From: an uncultured Acetatifactor sp.
GTDB taxonomy: Bacteria > Bacillota > Clostridia > Lachnospirales > Lachnospiraceae
Length of the DNA stretch: 64,000 nt
NCBI GenBank assembly: GCA_947629645.1
Contig: CANREV010000005.1
Span: 12,067 to 76,066 of the forward strand
Direction: 5' to 3'
Positions within the stretch are counted from its first letter, which is position 1. Each line of letters starts with the position of its first letter. Below are positions 54,275 to 64,000 of the stretch, piece by piece. The position numbers were made by a program, and so were the translations under genes. Below the pieces are notes generated by a model. It did not search any database and was not told the DNA's origin. It worked only from the letters and a program-made list of their open reading frames with translations.

Positions 54275-56320
54275 ATGAATCTGAGACTGCAGAAAACGGA
54301 CGCCATTGTGGCGATCTATATGCTGATCGCGTTTATCATGCTGATCGTGCCGATGCCGGCGGGGGTCCTCGATGTCCTCATGGCGTTTAACATTGCCATT
54401 GCATTCACCATCCTGTTTGTATGTATGTTTACAAAGGAAGTGCTGGATCTTTCATTTTTCCCCACGATCCTGCTGTTTACGACCATCTTCAGAATCGCCA
54501 TGAACGTGTCTTCCACAAGACTGATCCTGACTACGGGAACCTCGGGAAACGTGGTGCAGACATTCGGACAGTTTGTGGGCGGAGGCGATCTGATCGTAGG
54601 CGCCATTATCTTTATTATCCTGATCATGGTTCAGTTCCTTGTGATCAACAAAGGTTCGGAACGTGTGGCGGAAGTAACGGCGAGATTTACGCTGGACGCT
54701 ATGCCCGGTAAGCAGATGGCCATCGATGCGGATTTAAATACCGGAGCCATCGATGACAATGAGGCTAAGAACAGACGTGACAAAATCCAGCAGGAATCCA
54801 GTTTCTTCGGTTCCATGGACGGTGCCGTAAAGTATGTCAAGGGAGATGCGGTCGCGGGTCTTTTGCTGACGGTGATCAATCTGGTGGGCGGTATCGCCAT
54901 GGGCGTGTTAAGGAGCGGCATGGATGTGAGCACGGCGCTGAATAATTATGGTATCCTGACTATCGGCGATGGCCTGGTGAGCCAGATCCCTTCCCTTTTG
55001 ATCTCTCTTTCCACCGGCGTGCTGGTCACCAAGGGAGGAAAGGAAGCGGAGTTTGGCCCTACGCTGATGAAGCAGTTGTTCGGCGTGCCTAAGGTGATGT
55101 ATCTGGTAGGCGCTACGCTGTCTTTCTTAGGCCTTGTGACGGAACTGAATACGATTCTGTTTTTGGGAATGGGTATTCTGTTTATCATTGGCGGAAGGAT
55201 AATTACCGGCAATCTGGAGACGGCAGGTATTGCGCAGGAGGTTGACAGCGATGAGATCGCGGCGGAGGAGATCCGGCAGCCTGAAAATGTCAACAGCCTC
55301 CTTCAGGTAGACCCTATTGAGCTGGAATTCGGATACGGCATCATTCCGTTGGCGGATGTGAGCCAGGGCGGCGACCTTCTGGATCGTGTGGTAATGATCC
55401 GAAGGCAGATCGCGCTGGAACTTGGTACTGTGGTCCCTATTATCCGTCTGCGCGATAACATACAGTTGAACCCGAACCAATATATTATAAAGATCAAGGG
55501 AATTCAGGTCAGCGAGGGCGAGATCCTCTTTGACCATTATATGGCGATGAATCCCGGTTATGTGGAGGAGGAGATCACAGGTATCCCTACCTTTGAGCCT
55601 TCCTTCCATCTGCCTGCCATCTGGATCACGGAAGGCCAGAGGGAGAGGGCGGAGAGTCTGGGCTATACCGTGGTAGATCCGCCTTCCATCATTGCCACTC
55701 ATCTGACGGAGATCATCCGGCAGTATATTGCCGAGATGTTGTCGCGTCAGGATGTGCAGAATCTGATCAACAATCTGAAAGAGTCCAACCCTTCGCTGGT
55801 GGAAGAACTTGTTCCCAAGCTGCTTGGACTGGGAGAAATACAGAAAGTGCTGCAGAATCTGCTGAAGGAGGGTATCTCCATCAGGGATCTTTTGACGATT
55901 CTGGAAACTCTTGCGGATTATGCGCCCACAACGAGAGATACGGATATCCTGACCGAGTATGTGCGTCAGAGTTTGAAGAGAGCCATTTCCACCAAATATT
56001 TCCCCGCCCAGGAGACGACCAGCGTGGTGACGCTGGACCCCAAGATCGAACAGGAGATCATGGGCAGCGTCAAGCAGACAGAGAGCGGCGCTTTTCTGAA
56101 TCTGGACCCCGCCAGGTCCAAAGCGATCATCGACTCCCTGGGGAAAGAGGTCCAAAAGCTGGAAAATCTGGGGAAAAGTCCCATTGTGATTACTTCGCCC
56201 ATCGTGCGTATTTATTTTAAACGATTGACGGAAGACTATTACAGGGATCTTGTGGTAGTGTCCTATAACGAAGTGGAATCCAATGTTGAATTACAGTCAG
56301 TTGGGATGGTGACGGCATAA
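54275..56320 (+). CDS. flhA: Flagellar export protein FlhA
   Basis: RVAEVTARFTLDAMPGKQMAIDADL, GSMDGAVKYVKGDA, GDGLVSQIP. Confidence 0.97.
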   Translation: MNLRLQKTDAIVAIYMLIAFIMLIVPMPAGVLDVLMAFNIAIAFTILFVCMFTKEVLDLSFFPTILLFTTIFRIAMNVSSTRLILTTGTSGNVVQTFGQFVGGGDLIVGAIIFIILIMVQFLVINKGSERVAEVTARFTLDAMPGKQMAIDADLNTGAIDDNEAKNRRDKIQQESSFFGSMDGAVKYVKGDAVAGLLLTVINLVGGIAMGVLRSGMDVSTALNNYGILTIGDGLVSQIPSLLISLSTGVLVTKGGKEAEFGPTLMKQLFGVPKVMYLVGATLSFLGLVTELNTILFLGMGILFIIGGRIITGNLETAGIAQEVDSDEIAAEEIRQPENVNSLLQVDPIELEFGYGIIPLADVSQGGDLLDRVVMIRRQIALELGTVVPIIRLRDNIQLNPNQYIIKIKGIQVSEGEILFDHYMAMNPGYVEEEITGIPTFEPSFHLPAIWITEGQRERAESLGYTVVDPPSIIATHLTEIIRQYIAEMLSRQDVQNLINNLKESNPSLVEELVPKLLGLGEIQKVLQNLLKEGISIRDLLTILETLADYAPTTRDTDILTEYVRQSLKRAISTKYFPAQETTSVVTLDPKIEQEIMGSVKQTESGAFLNLDPARSKAIIDSLGKEVQKLENLGKSPIVITSPIVRIYFKRLTEDYYRDLVVVSYNEVESNVELQSVGMVTA

Positions 56321-57543
56321 TGATTATCAAGAAGTATGTGGGGAAATCAGAAGAGGAAGCGGTGGAGGCCGCCCAAAAAGAATTGGGCGGCGGCATCGTC
56401 ATCATGAATGTGAAAGAGCTGAAAAGAAAAGGGCTGGCAGCGCTCTTTCGTCCCAGACAGGTGGAGGTCACCGCCGCTCTGGAGGAAGAGGGGGATATTC
56501 CCAAACCTGTGCGCAGGGAGGCGCCCGCTCAACCGGAGCAGAGAAGGGATACGCCCGCCGCAGAGAGGGAGAAGCCGGGCGCGGCGGCGGAAAATACCCA
56601 GAATATTGAAAAAAGGCTGGACAGTCTGCAGACTCTGTTGGAAAACAGGTTTCAGCAGGACGAGGCCGCAAGGCAGGAGCAGGAACAGGGCGAAACCCAG
56701 CAGTCCGCGGAAAAAAAGGAGGAAGAGCCAAGCAGGGAAGAGCAGGAGAGAGAGAAATTTATCCGCCTGTTATACAATACCATGCTGGAGAACGAGGTAG
56801 ATGAAAAGTATGCGAACCAGATTATAGAAGATCTGGAAAAGAATAAGAAACCGAATCTGCCTTTTGATTATATCCTTGCCAATGTCTATCAGAAGATGAT
56901 CCTGAAATTCGGCAAGGCGGAGGGGATCACGGAGGCTTTACAGGGACCGAAAATTGTTTTGTTCATGGGGCCTACCGGAGTGGGAAAGACCACTACGATC
57001 GCCAAATTGGCCAGCGATTTCTCCATGGGCGAGAAAAAGACGGTGGCGCTTTTGACGGCGGATACTTACCGGATCGCGGCGGCGGAGCAGTTAAGGACTT
57101 ACGCCAATATTCTGGAGACGCCGTTTCGCGTGATCTACTCGGAGGAGGATGTGAAGCAGGCGGTGCGGGATTTTGCCGCGTATGATTTTATCTTTGTGGA
57201 TACGGCGGGGCATTCCCATCAGAACGAGGAACAGCTGGACAATATGCAGAAACTGCTGCACGCAGTCGGCGAAGCGGGCGATTATCAGACTTTTCTGGTG
57301 CTCAGCGCCACCACAAAATATCGCGACCTGATTAAGATCGCTTCCAGTTATAAAGAGCTGACAGATTATCAGCTGATTTTCACAAAGCTGGACGAGACGG
57401 ATACTTTGGGGAATCTGCTGAATTTAAAATTGTATACGGATACGCCTATCGCCTATGTGACTTGCGGGCAGAATGTACCGGACGACATTGAGTGTTTCAA
57501 TCCCCAGAAGACGGTGAAGCAGCTTCTGGGCGGAAAGGCGTAG
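56320..57543 (+). CDS. flhF: SRP-family GTPase FlhF
   Basis: GPTGVGKTTTIAKLA, DTYRIAAAEQL, DTAG, TKLDE. Confidence 0.95.
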   Translation: MIIKKYVGKSEEEAVEAAQKELGGGIVIMNVKELKRKGLAALFRPRQVEVTAALEEEGDIPKPVRREAPAQPEQRRDTPAAEREKPGAAAENTQNIEKRLDSLQTLLENRFQQDEAARQEQEQGETQQSAEKKEEEPSREEQEREKFIRLLYNTMLENEVDEKYANQIIEDLEKNKKPNLPFDYILANVYQKMILKFGKAEGITEALQGPKIVLFMGPTGVGKTTTIAKLASDFSMGEKKTVALLTADTYRIAAAEQLRTYANILETPFRVIYSEEDVKQAVRDFAAYDFIFVDTAGHSHQNEEQLDNMQKLLHAVGEAGDYQTFLVLSATTKYRDLIKIASSYKELTDYQLIFTKLDETDTLGNLLNLKLYTDTPIAYVTCGQNVPDDIECFNPQKTVKQLLGGKA

Positions 57544-57585
57544 GCAGCTTTTTCCGTTTTATGAGAGATTAGAAGGAGAAAAGGC

Positions 57586-58458
57586 ATGGACCAGGCGGAA
57601 CAGCTAAGAATTATCAAAGCCAGCCAAATACAGTCTAAACCTCTTGCCCGTGTCATAACTGTTACCAGCGGCAAGGGAGGCGTGGGGAAATCCAATGTCT
57701 CTATCAATCTGGCCATCCAGTTTAGAAAGATGGGCAAAAGAGTCATCATCCTGGATGCGGATTTTGGACTTGCAAATATCGAGATCATGTTCGGGGCGGT
57801 CCCCAGACATAATTTGTGCGATCTGATCTATCAGGGGAAAAATATCAGGGATATTATTACATGGGGCCCCATGGAAGTCGGGTTTATCTCCGGCGGATCC
57901 GGAATCGCGGGAATGTCCAATCTGGGCAGGGATTACCTGAATTACATTATTCAGAATCTGGCGCAGCTGGATTCCATAGCGGATATCATTATCGTAGATA
58001 CGGGCGCCGGCATCTCGGACGCGGTGCTTGAGTTTTTGGTAGCCTGCGGGGAAGTGCTGCTTGTCACAACGCAGGAACCTACTTCCATCACGGATTCCTA
58101 TTCGCTTCTTAAGGCGCTTTACCGTCATCCCAGATTTGACGAGAGGGCTACCAAAGTAAAAATGATCGCCAACAGAGTGAATAAAGAACATGACGGAGAA
58201 ATCATCTTTGAAAAGCTGAATGCGGTGGTGTCCAGATATCTGAAAATCCCTATCACCTATCTGGGCAGTATCCCCGAGGATATACAGCTTTCCAGGGCGG
58301 TGATGCAGCAGCTGCCCGTTTCCTTGCAGAATCCCGGGGCCAGATCCAGCCAGGCTTTTTACGGGATTGCAGCCAGACTTCTGGACAAAGAGGAAGCAGC
58401 CAGACAGCCCAGGCGGGGAATGGCGGCGTTTTTCTCACATATTATCGGCAGGGTCTGA
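57586..58458 (+). CDS. flhG: MinD/ParA-family ATPase FlhG (YlxH)
   Basis: MDQAEQLR start, SGKGGVGKS, DADFGLAN, DTGAG, EPTSITD. Confidence 0.92.
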   Translation: MDQAEQLRIIKASQIQSKPLARVITVTSGKGGVGKSNVSINLAIQFRKMGKRVIILDADFGLANIEIMFGAVPRHNLCDLIYQGKNIRDIITWGPMEVGFISGGSGIAGMSNLGRDYLNYIIQNLAQLDSIADIIIVDTGAGISDAVLEFLVACGEVLLVTTQEPTSITDSYSLLKALYRHPRFDERATKVKMIANRVNKEHDGEIIFEKLNAVVSRYLKIPITYLGSIPEDIQLSRAVMQQLPVSLQNPGARSSQAFYGIAARLLDKEEAARQPRRGMAAFFSHIIGRV

Positions 58459-58519
58459 GCCCTGTGGAGAGGATAAAATAATAACAGTATAAAAAGAAAT
58501 CAAAGGCGGGTGGGAATGA

Positions 58520-59242
58520 ATGCTTTCCAAATTTATTGCACCGGACAACAAGATTGAAATGCGGGCGATCGGCAGAGAGGAAGAGGCTTCCAAAGAAGAG
58601 AAGAAGGTGTATCAAAGCTATGTGCTTACCATTGTGTCGGAGGATACGCTGGAGATCGCGATGCCCATGGAGAAGTCCAAGCTGATCCTGCTTCCGGTGG
58701 ACAGCGAGTACGATCTGGTATTCTACGGCAACACCGGACTTTATCAGTGCTTTGCGCGAATTATAGACCGTTACAAGAGCAACAATGTTTTTATTCTGCT
58801 GGTGGAACTTACCAGCAATCTGCGGAAATATCAGAGAAGGGAATATTACCGGTTTAGCTGTGCCCTGGAAATGTGCGCCAGAAATCTGGAAGAGGATGAG
58901 ATCCAGGCGATTGAAAAGCGTCTTCCCTATGCGCTGACATCGGGGCTGCCTTTAAAGCAGAGCGTGATTGTGGATATCAGCGGCGGCGGGCTGCGGTTTA
59001 TCTCCTCCCAGAAATACGAGCCGGGCAACCTGTTGTATTGCAGTTACAACCTGATCAAAGGGAAACAGCAGAAACAATACGAGGTGATCGGCAAGGTCTT
59101 AAGCGTCAGGGAAGTGGAAAACAGGGACGGATTTTTTGAACATCGGGTGCAGTATTACGACATGGATAAAGATACCAGGGAAGAGATCATTAAGTATATT
59201 TTTGAAGAGGAGAGAAAAAATCTGCAGAAGGAGAGAGAGTGA
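58520..59242 (+). CDS. YcgR/DgrA-like PilZ-domain c-di-GMP flagellar brake
   Basis: QRREYYR (RxxxR) and DISGGG (DxSxxG) motifs. Confidence 0.88.
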   Translation: MLSKFIAPDNKIEMRAIGREEEASKEEKKVYQSYVLTIVSEDTLEIAMPMEKSKLILLPVDSEYDLVFYGNTGLYQCFARIIDRYKSNNVFILLVELTSNLRKYQRREYYRFSCALEMCARNLEEDEIQAIEKRLPYALTSGLPLKQSVIVDISGGGLRFISSQKYEPGNLLYCSYNLIKGKQQKQYEVIGKVLSVREVENRDGFFEHRVQYYDMDKDTREEIIKYIFEEERKNLQKERE

Positions 59243-60324
59243 TGGTGAAAAAAATTTTAGTTGTTGATGACTCTGCACTCATGAGAAGAGTGCTGTGTGA
59301 TATAATAGATAGTGATGAGAGATTTCAGGTTGTCGCGAGAGCGACAAACGGTCTGGAGGCATTGGATCTGCTGAGCCGAAACCAGTACGATGCTGTGGTG
59401 CTGGATGTGAATATGCCTAAGATGAACGGCCTGGAGCTGCTGGAAGAACTGCGCAAGCGCAAGATCCCGGCAAGGGTGATCATGGCGAGCACGGATACCA
59501 GAGAGGGCGCAAAGACTACTCTGGACGCGCTGGAACTGGGAGCGTTAGATTTTATACATAAACCTGACAGCGCGGTGGACTGCCGTGAGGATACCTTTAA
59601 GGACAAACTGCTCAGAATCCTGGATGTGGCGGCAAGCAGTAAGCTGACTGAGTTTGAGTCCAAAGAAAAAGAGGTGGACAATAAGGCGGCAGCGGCGAAG
59701 ATATCGGAGCTTGCCAGAAAGTTTTCCGCCAGGACTACCGGCTCTAAGATCGTGGCCCTTGCCAGTTCTACGGGAGGCCCCAAGGCTCTGCAGTCTGTTG
59801 TCCCCAGGCTTCCGGCGGACCTGGACGCGCCGATGCTGATCGTGCAGCATATGCCCAAGGGTTTTACGGCCTCTTTTGCAGAGCGTCTCAATGATCTGAG
59901 CAGCGTGACGGTCAAGGAAGCGGCGGAGGGCGATGAACTGCAGCCCGGAACGGTCTATATCGCAATGGGCGGCATGCATATGAATGTAGTCACCCATCCT
60001 TCCGGAAAGTACACCATCCATTATTCGGACGAGCCCAGCAGAGAGGGTGTGAAGCCCTGCGCCAACTATATGTTCGAGTCTTTGGCTGACAGCAGGTTTG
60101 ACAAAATCGTATGCGTTGTCATGACGGGGATGGGCGCGGACGGAACGGCCGGCATCAAAACTCTGAAAGCTCATAAGAATGTTCATGTGATCACTCAGAA
60201 TCAGGATACCTGCACGGTGTACGGCATGCCAAAGAGCGCCGAGAACGCCGGGCTGTCCGATCAGGTAGTGCCGCTGAACGAGATTGCACAGGAAATAATT
60301 TTGAACGTAGGTGTAAAAAATTAG
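59239..60324 (+). CDS. cheB: Chemotaxis methylesterase CheB (REC + esterase)
   Basis: LVVDDS, LDVNMP, ASSTGGP, QHMP, TGMGADG. Confidence 0.96.
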   Translation: MMVKKILVVDDSALMRRVLCDIIDSDERFQVVARATNGLEALDLLSRNQYDAVVLDVNMPKMNGLELLEELRKRKIPARVIMASTDTREGAKTTLDALELGALDFIHKPDSAVDCREDTFKDKLLRILDVAASSKLTEFESKEKEVDNKAAAAKISELARKFSARTTGSKIVALASSTGGPKALQSVVPRLPADLDAPMLIVQHMPKGFTASFAERLNDLSSVTVKEAAEGDELQPGTVYIAMGGMHMNVVTHPSGKYTIHYSDEPSREGVKPCANYMFESLADSRFDKIVCVVMTGMGADGTAGIKTLKAHKNVHVITQNQDTCTVYGMPKSAENAGLSDQVVPLNEIAQEIILNVGVKN

Positions 60325-60361
60325 CAAGTAATTTGCCACATGCGGCGGAATGGAGGATACT

Positions 60362-62500
60362 ATGGATGTAAGTCAATATCTCGAGATCTTTCTGGACGAG
60401 ACCAACGAACACTTAACTAATCTGAACACACGGATTCTGGAGCTGGAAACGGATCCTGAAAACATGGATACCATCAATGAGATTTTCCGTGCGGCTCACT
60501 CTCTGAAAGGTATGGCGGGGACCATGGGCTTTAAGAGGATGCAGAATCTGACCCATGACATGGAGAACGTGTTCTCCGAGGTGCGTAACGGCGTAATCAA
60601 GGTAAATTCCGAGATCATTGACGTTCTGTTCCAGTGTCTGGACGCTCTGGAGGGATATAAGGATAACATTCAGGACAGCGCTGATGAGGGGACCAACGAC
60701 AACGAACCCATTATCAAAATGCTGAACGCTATCTTAAACGGCGAAAAGGCTGACGATAAAAAGCCCGCAGAGAAAGAGGCCGCGGCGAAACCCGCGGCTG
60801 CGCAGGAAGATGCCGCCGGCGATAAGTGGGATCATATACCTTTGGACGAGACGCAGGTCGCCGTGATCAAGGAAGCGCAGAACCAGAACAAAAAGGTTTA
60901 CGGTCTGAACGTGGTGGTGCAGGAGGGCTGTATTCTGAAAGCGGCCAGAGCTTTTCTGGTGTTTAAAGCGGTGGAAGAACTGGCGGAGATCATTGTCTCC
61001 AATCCCAGCGCGCAGGATGTGGAAGACGAGAAATTCGATCTGGATTTTACCCTGATCGTCCTTTCCGATGTGGAATTAAATGATGTGATCAAGGCGGCGG
61101 CTTCCGTATCCGAGATCGAGACCGTCACAGGCGGTGTGATCGATCTGGCGAACAATACGCGTCTTAACCCTAAGGCGCAGAGTGAGGCTCCCGAGCAGAA
61201 GGAAGAGCCGAAACAGGCAGCACCCGCACCGGCGGCTAAGGAGGCCTCATCCGCCCCTGCCGCATCAGCGTCATCCGCATCAGAAGCGCCCTCATCGGCT
61301 GCGCATAAGACGGAGACCAAGAAGCAGACGCCTGCAAAGCCTGTTGTAAACCGTACCGTTCGTGTGGATATTGAAAAACTGGATTCCCTGATGAATCTGG
61401 TCAGCGAGCTGATCATAGCGAAGAATTCGCTGGTATCCGCCTCCAGTCAGGAACAGATCGATGTGAACAGTGCGTTTAACGAACAGATTGAATATCTGGA
61501 GAGCGTTACCACAAGCCTGCATGAGTCTGTCATGAAGGTCAGAATGGTTCCCATTGAGAGCGTTGTGACCAAGTTTCCCCGTATGATCCGCGATCTTTCC
61601 AAGAAACTGGGCAAGAAAATGGAACTGTATATGACCGGTGAGGAGACGGAGCTGGATCGTACCGTGGTAGACCAGATCGGCGATCCCCTGATGCACTTGC
61701 TCAGAAATTCCGCGGACCACGGCCTTGAGACCGCCGAGGTGCGCGCGGAGAGAGGCAAGCCGGCGGAGGGAAGCATTTTCCTGAACGCTTATCAGGACGG
61801 CAATACCGTTGTGATCGAAGTGGGCGATGACGGTAACGGTATCGATGTGGAAGCTGTGAAGGCCAAAGCGATCGAGCGGGGAATTGTCACTCCCGAACAG
61901 GCTGCCGGTATGTCCGAAAAGGAAATCATCAATCTGTTGTTTTTGCCCAGCTTTTCTACCGCCAAGCAGATTACGGACGTATCCGGCCGCGGCGTTGGGC
62001 TGGACGTTGTAAAGTCCATGATCGAATCGCTGAGCGGCGATGTGGAAGTAAAATCCAAACTGGGAGAGGGAAGCACCTGGACGATCAGGCTGCCTTTGAC
62101 GCTTGCTATCATTCAGGCGCTGATGGTAGTTGTGGGAAAAGAGAAATATGCGATCTCCCTCGGCTCTATTCAGACATTGGAAGATATTCCTGTCAGCGAC
62201 GTGAAGCTGGTCCAGAATAAAGAAGTGATCAATCTGCGCGGCAATGTCATTCCTCTGATCCGTCTTGACAAAGTGCTCGGCGTTGAGAAAGACCGCTCCA
62301 ATGATGAGAATCTGATCGTTGTCATTGTTAAGAAGGGCGACAGGCTTGCGGGCCTTGTTATCGATGAACTGATCGGACAGCAGGAGATCGTTATCAAGTC
62401 CCTCGGAAAGTATATTAAACAGTGCAAATTCATCAGTGGCGCCACCATTCTGGGTGATGGAGAAATCGCTTTGATTCTTGATACCAACGCGTTGATTTAG
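60362..62500 (+). CDS. cheA: Chemotaxis histidine kinase CheA
   Basis: FRAAHSLKGMA Hpt domain, P2, LMHLLRNSADHG, DDGNGID, GRGVGLDVV, CheW domain. Confidence 0.97.
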   Translation: MDVSQYLEIFLDETNEHLTNLNTRILELETDPENMDTINEIFRAAHSLKGMAGTMGFKRMQNLTHDMENVFSEVRNGVIKVNSEIIDVLFQCLDALEGYKDNIQDSADEGTNDNEPIIKMLNAILNGEKADDKKPAEKEAAAKPAAAQEDAAGDKWDHIPLDETQVAVIKEAQNQNKKVYGLNVVVQEGCILKAARAFLVFKAVEELAEIIVSNPSAQDVEDEKFDLDFTLIVLSDVELNDVIKAAASVSEIETVTGGVIDLANNTRLNPKAQSEAPEQKEEPKQAAPAPAAKEASSAPAASASSASEAPSSAAHKTETKKQTPAKPVVNRTVRVDIEKLDSLMNLVSELIIAKNSLVSASSQEQIDVNSAFNEQIEYLESVTTSLHESVMKVRMVPIESVVTKFPRMIRDLSKKLGKKMELYMTGEETELDRTVVDQIGDPLMHLLRNSADHGLETAEVRAERGKPAEGSIFLNAYQDGNTVVIEVGDDGNGIDVEAVKAKAIERGIVTPEQAAGMSEKEIINLLFLPSFSTAKQITDVSGRGVGLDVVKSMIESLSGDVEVKSKLGEGSTWTIRLPLTLAIIQALMVVVGKEKYAISLGSIQTLEDIPVSDVKLVQNKEVINLRGNVIPLIRLDKVLGVEKDRSNDENLIVVIVKKGDRLAGLVIDELIGQQEIVIKSLGKYIKQCKFISGATILGDGEIALILDTNALI

Positions 62501-62516
62501 AAAGGGGAGCATACAA

Positions 62517-63011
62517 ATGGAATTGAGTACCGTGAACAATAATCAGAATGTTTTGGAAGAAGAAGGCAAGAGTAATGAGGGAGAGACCATCCAGTTCATC
62601 GTTGTCCGCTTAGGCGAGGAACAGTATGGCATCAATATCCGCAACATAGACAATATTGTGAAGATGCAGCATATCACCCGGGTCCCCAAGATGCCTCCGT
62701 ATTTAAAGGGCGTTATCAATATGCGCGGTGAAGTGATTCCTGTGCTGAGCATGCGCTTAAAAATGGGACTGGAGGAAGATGTGATCACGAAAGCCACCCG
62801 TATTCTGGTTGTCAGACTGGAGGAAGAGGGCAATGTGGGATTTATCGTTGATGAGGTAAAAGAGGTTGTAACGCTGGCGGATACGGATATCGAGAGGATC
62901 TCCAGGGATAATATGAGCAGCCGGGAAAGCCTTATTAACGCAGTTGGCAAGCATAATGGCGAACTGATCTCCATTTTTGATCTGGCGGCTATCAGCCTGG
63001 AGGAGAATTAG
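62517..63011 (+). CDS. cheW: Chemotaxis coupling protein CheW
   Basis: ITRVP..P.YLKGVINMRGEVIPV, GFIVDEVKEV. Confidence 0.95.
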   Translation: MELSTVNNNQNVLEEEGKSNEGETIQFIVVRLGEEQYGINIRNIDNIVKMQHITRVPKMPPYLKGVINMRGEVIPVLSMRLKMGLEEDVITKATRILVVRLEEEGNVGFIVDEVKEVVTLADTDIERISRDNMSSRESLINAVGKHNGELISIFDLAAISLEEN

Positions 63012-63033
63012 TGCGCATAGAGGAGATACATTC

Positions 63034-63654
63034 ATGAATGAAATGAGCGTAGAGCAGATTACTGAGAATTATTACGATGTTCTCAAGGAACTGGGAAATA
63101 TCGGCGCGGGCAATGCCATGACCGCGCTTTCCCAGATGCTGCAGTGTAAAGTGGATATGAAAGTACCTCAGGTCAGGCTGTTGGAGTTCTCGGAAGTAGG
63201 CGACATGATGGGCGGTGAAGAGCAGATCATGGTAGGCGTATTTCTGGGAGTGGAGGGGGATATTACCGGAAGCATGATGTTCATGGTGGAGGAAGAGAGC
63301 GCCAGACATCTGATCCAGAAGATCACTATGGGAATGCTGCCGCCCGGCTCTGAATTTGAAGAGATGGGTCTGTCTGCAATGAAAGAGGTTGGAAATATTA
63401 TTACCGGAGCATATCTGAACTCACTTTCCACTCTGACCAATTTAAAGATTGTACCTACGCCGCCGGCTTTGACGGTGGATATGGCTGGCGCGATTTTGAG
63501 CGTGCCCGCGATTCAGTTTGGTATTTTCGGGGACAATATCCTGTTGATCCAGTCCCAATTCTACGATGAGATTGAGCTGGATGGATATTTTATCCTGATC
63601 CCCGATCTGGAATCTTATTCAAAGATTTTGAGCGCTTTAGGTTTGATGGCGTAG
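63034..63654 (+). CDS. cheC: Chemotaxis phosphatase CheC
   Basis: ELGNIGAGNA and EVGNIITGAY (E-x2-N twice); start 63034 after GAGGAG. Confidence 0.93.
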   Translation: MNEMSVEQITENYYDVLKELGNIGAGNAMTALSQMLQCKVDMKVPQVRLLEFSEVGDMMGGEEQIMVGVFLGVEGDITGSMMFMVEEESARHLIQKITMGMLPPGSEFEEMGLSAMKEVGNIITGAYLNSLSTLTNLKIVPTPPALTVDMAGAILSVPAIQFGIFGDNILLIQSQFYDEIELDGYFILIPDLESYSKILSALGLMA

Positions 63655-63687
63655 ATGGCAGGAAACAAGATATAGAAGGTAACACAG

Positions 63688-64000
63688 ATGAGTGAGATAA
63701 TCAAAGTGGGGATGGCGGACCTCAAGACCTGTGTGAGCCCCAACGGGATAACGACCCTTGGACTGGGATCGTGCGTAGGCATTGCCATTTGTGATCCGGT
63801 GACCAAGATTGGCGGACTTGCGCACATTATGCTTCCGAACAGTAAAGCGATGAAGGGCGTCCAGCAGAACGTAGCGAAGTTTGCGGATACCGGTATTGTG
63901 GAATTGGTACAGCAGATGGAGAAGCTTGGGGCGAAAAGGGCGCGCATGGTTTCCAAGATAGCGGGAGGCGCCACCATGTTTAATTTTCAGAGCACAAGCT
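63688..64000 (+). CDS. cheD: Chemoreceptor glutamine deamidase CheD (runs off the window end)
   Basis: VGMAD, TLGLGSCVG, GLAHIMLP, KFADT, KIAGGA.MF. Confidence 0.93.
   Translation, partial: MSEIIKVGMADLKTCVSPNGITTLGLGSCVGIAICDPVTKIGGLAHIMLPNSKAMKGVQQNVAKFADTGIVELVQQMEKLGAKRARMVSKIAGGATMFNFQSTS

Overview
Core chromosomal segment of a spore-forming, motile Clostridia-class bacterium (gene content and style fit Lachnospiraceae). Positions 1-33 kb hold housekeeping and sporulation genes: ligA 3' end, metA, manC/manA-like, PatB/MalY, rpsT, gpr, spoIIP, lepA, hemW, sigK, an HD-GYP-like gene, comM/yifB-dprA, a small AT-rich XRE/membrane-protein islet, a PHP phosphatase, gap-pgk-tpiA, a Zn-ribbon/TPM pair, ispG, polC, tRNA-Glu(CTC), topA and codY. 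From 33.2 kb to the window end runs a B. subtilis-type fla/che cluster (flgB to cheD, continuing past the end). No integrase, transposase, prophage, CRISPR array or rRNA is visible. The best candidate for an undescribed system is inside the flagellar cluster: a small uncharacterised 'flagellar operon protein' whose motifs resemble BECR/DUF4258-type RNases is followed immediately by a compact structured RNA that fills the flgE leader. Other leads: an inverted-repeat-flanked topA promoter next to att-like repeats at tRNA-Glu, a SigK with neither pro-sequence nor skin element, a degenerate HD-GYP protein, an H-NS-like coiled-coil microprotein with a sigma-E-type promoter, an XRE locus with an antisense promoter, and two intergenic repeat arrays. 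All annotations come from motif recognition by eye; no database searches or folding programs were run.
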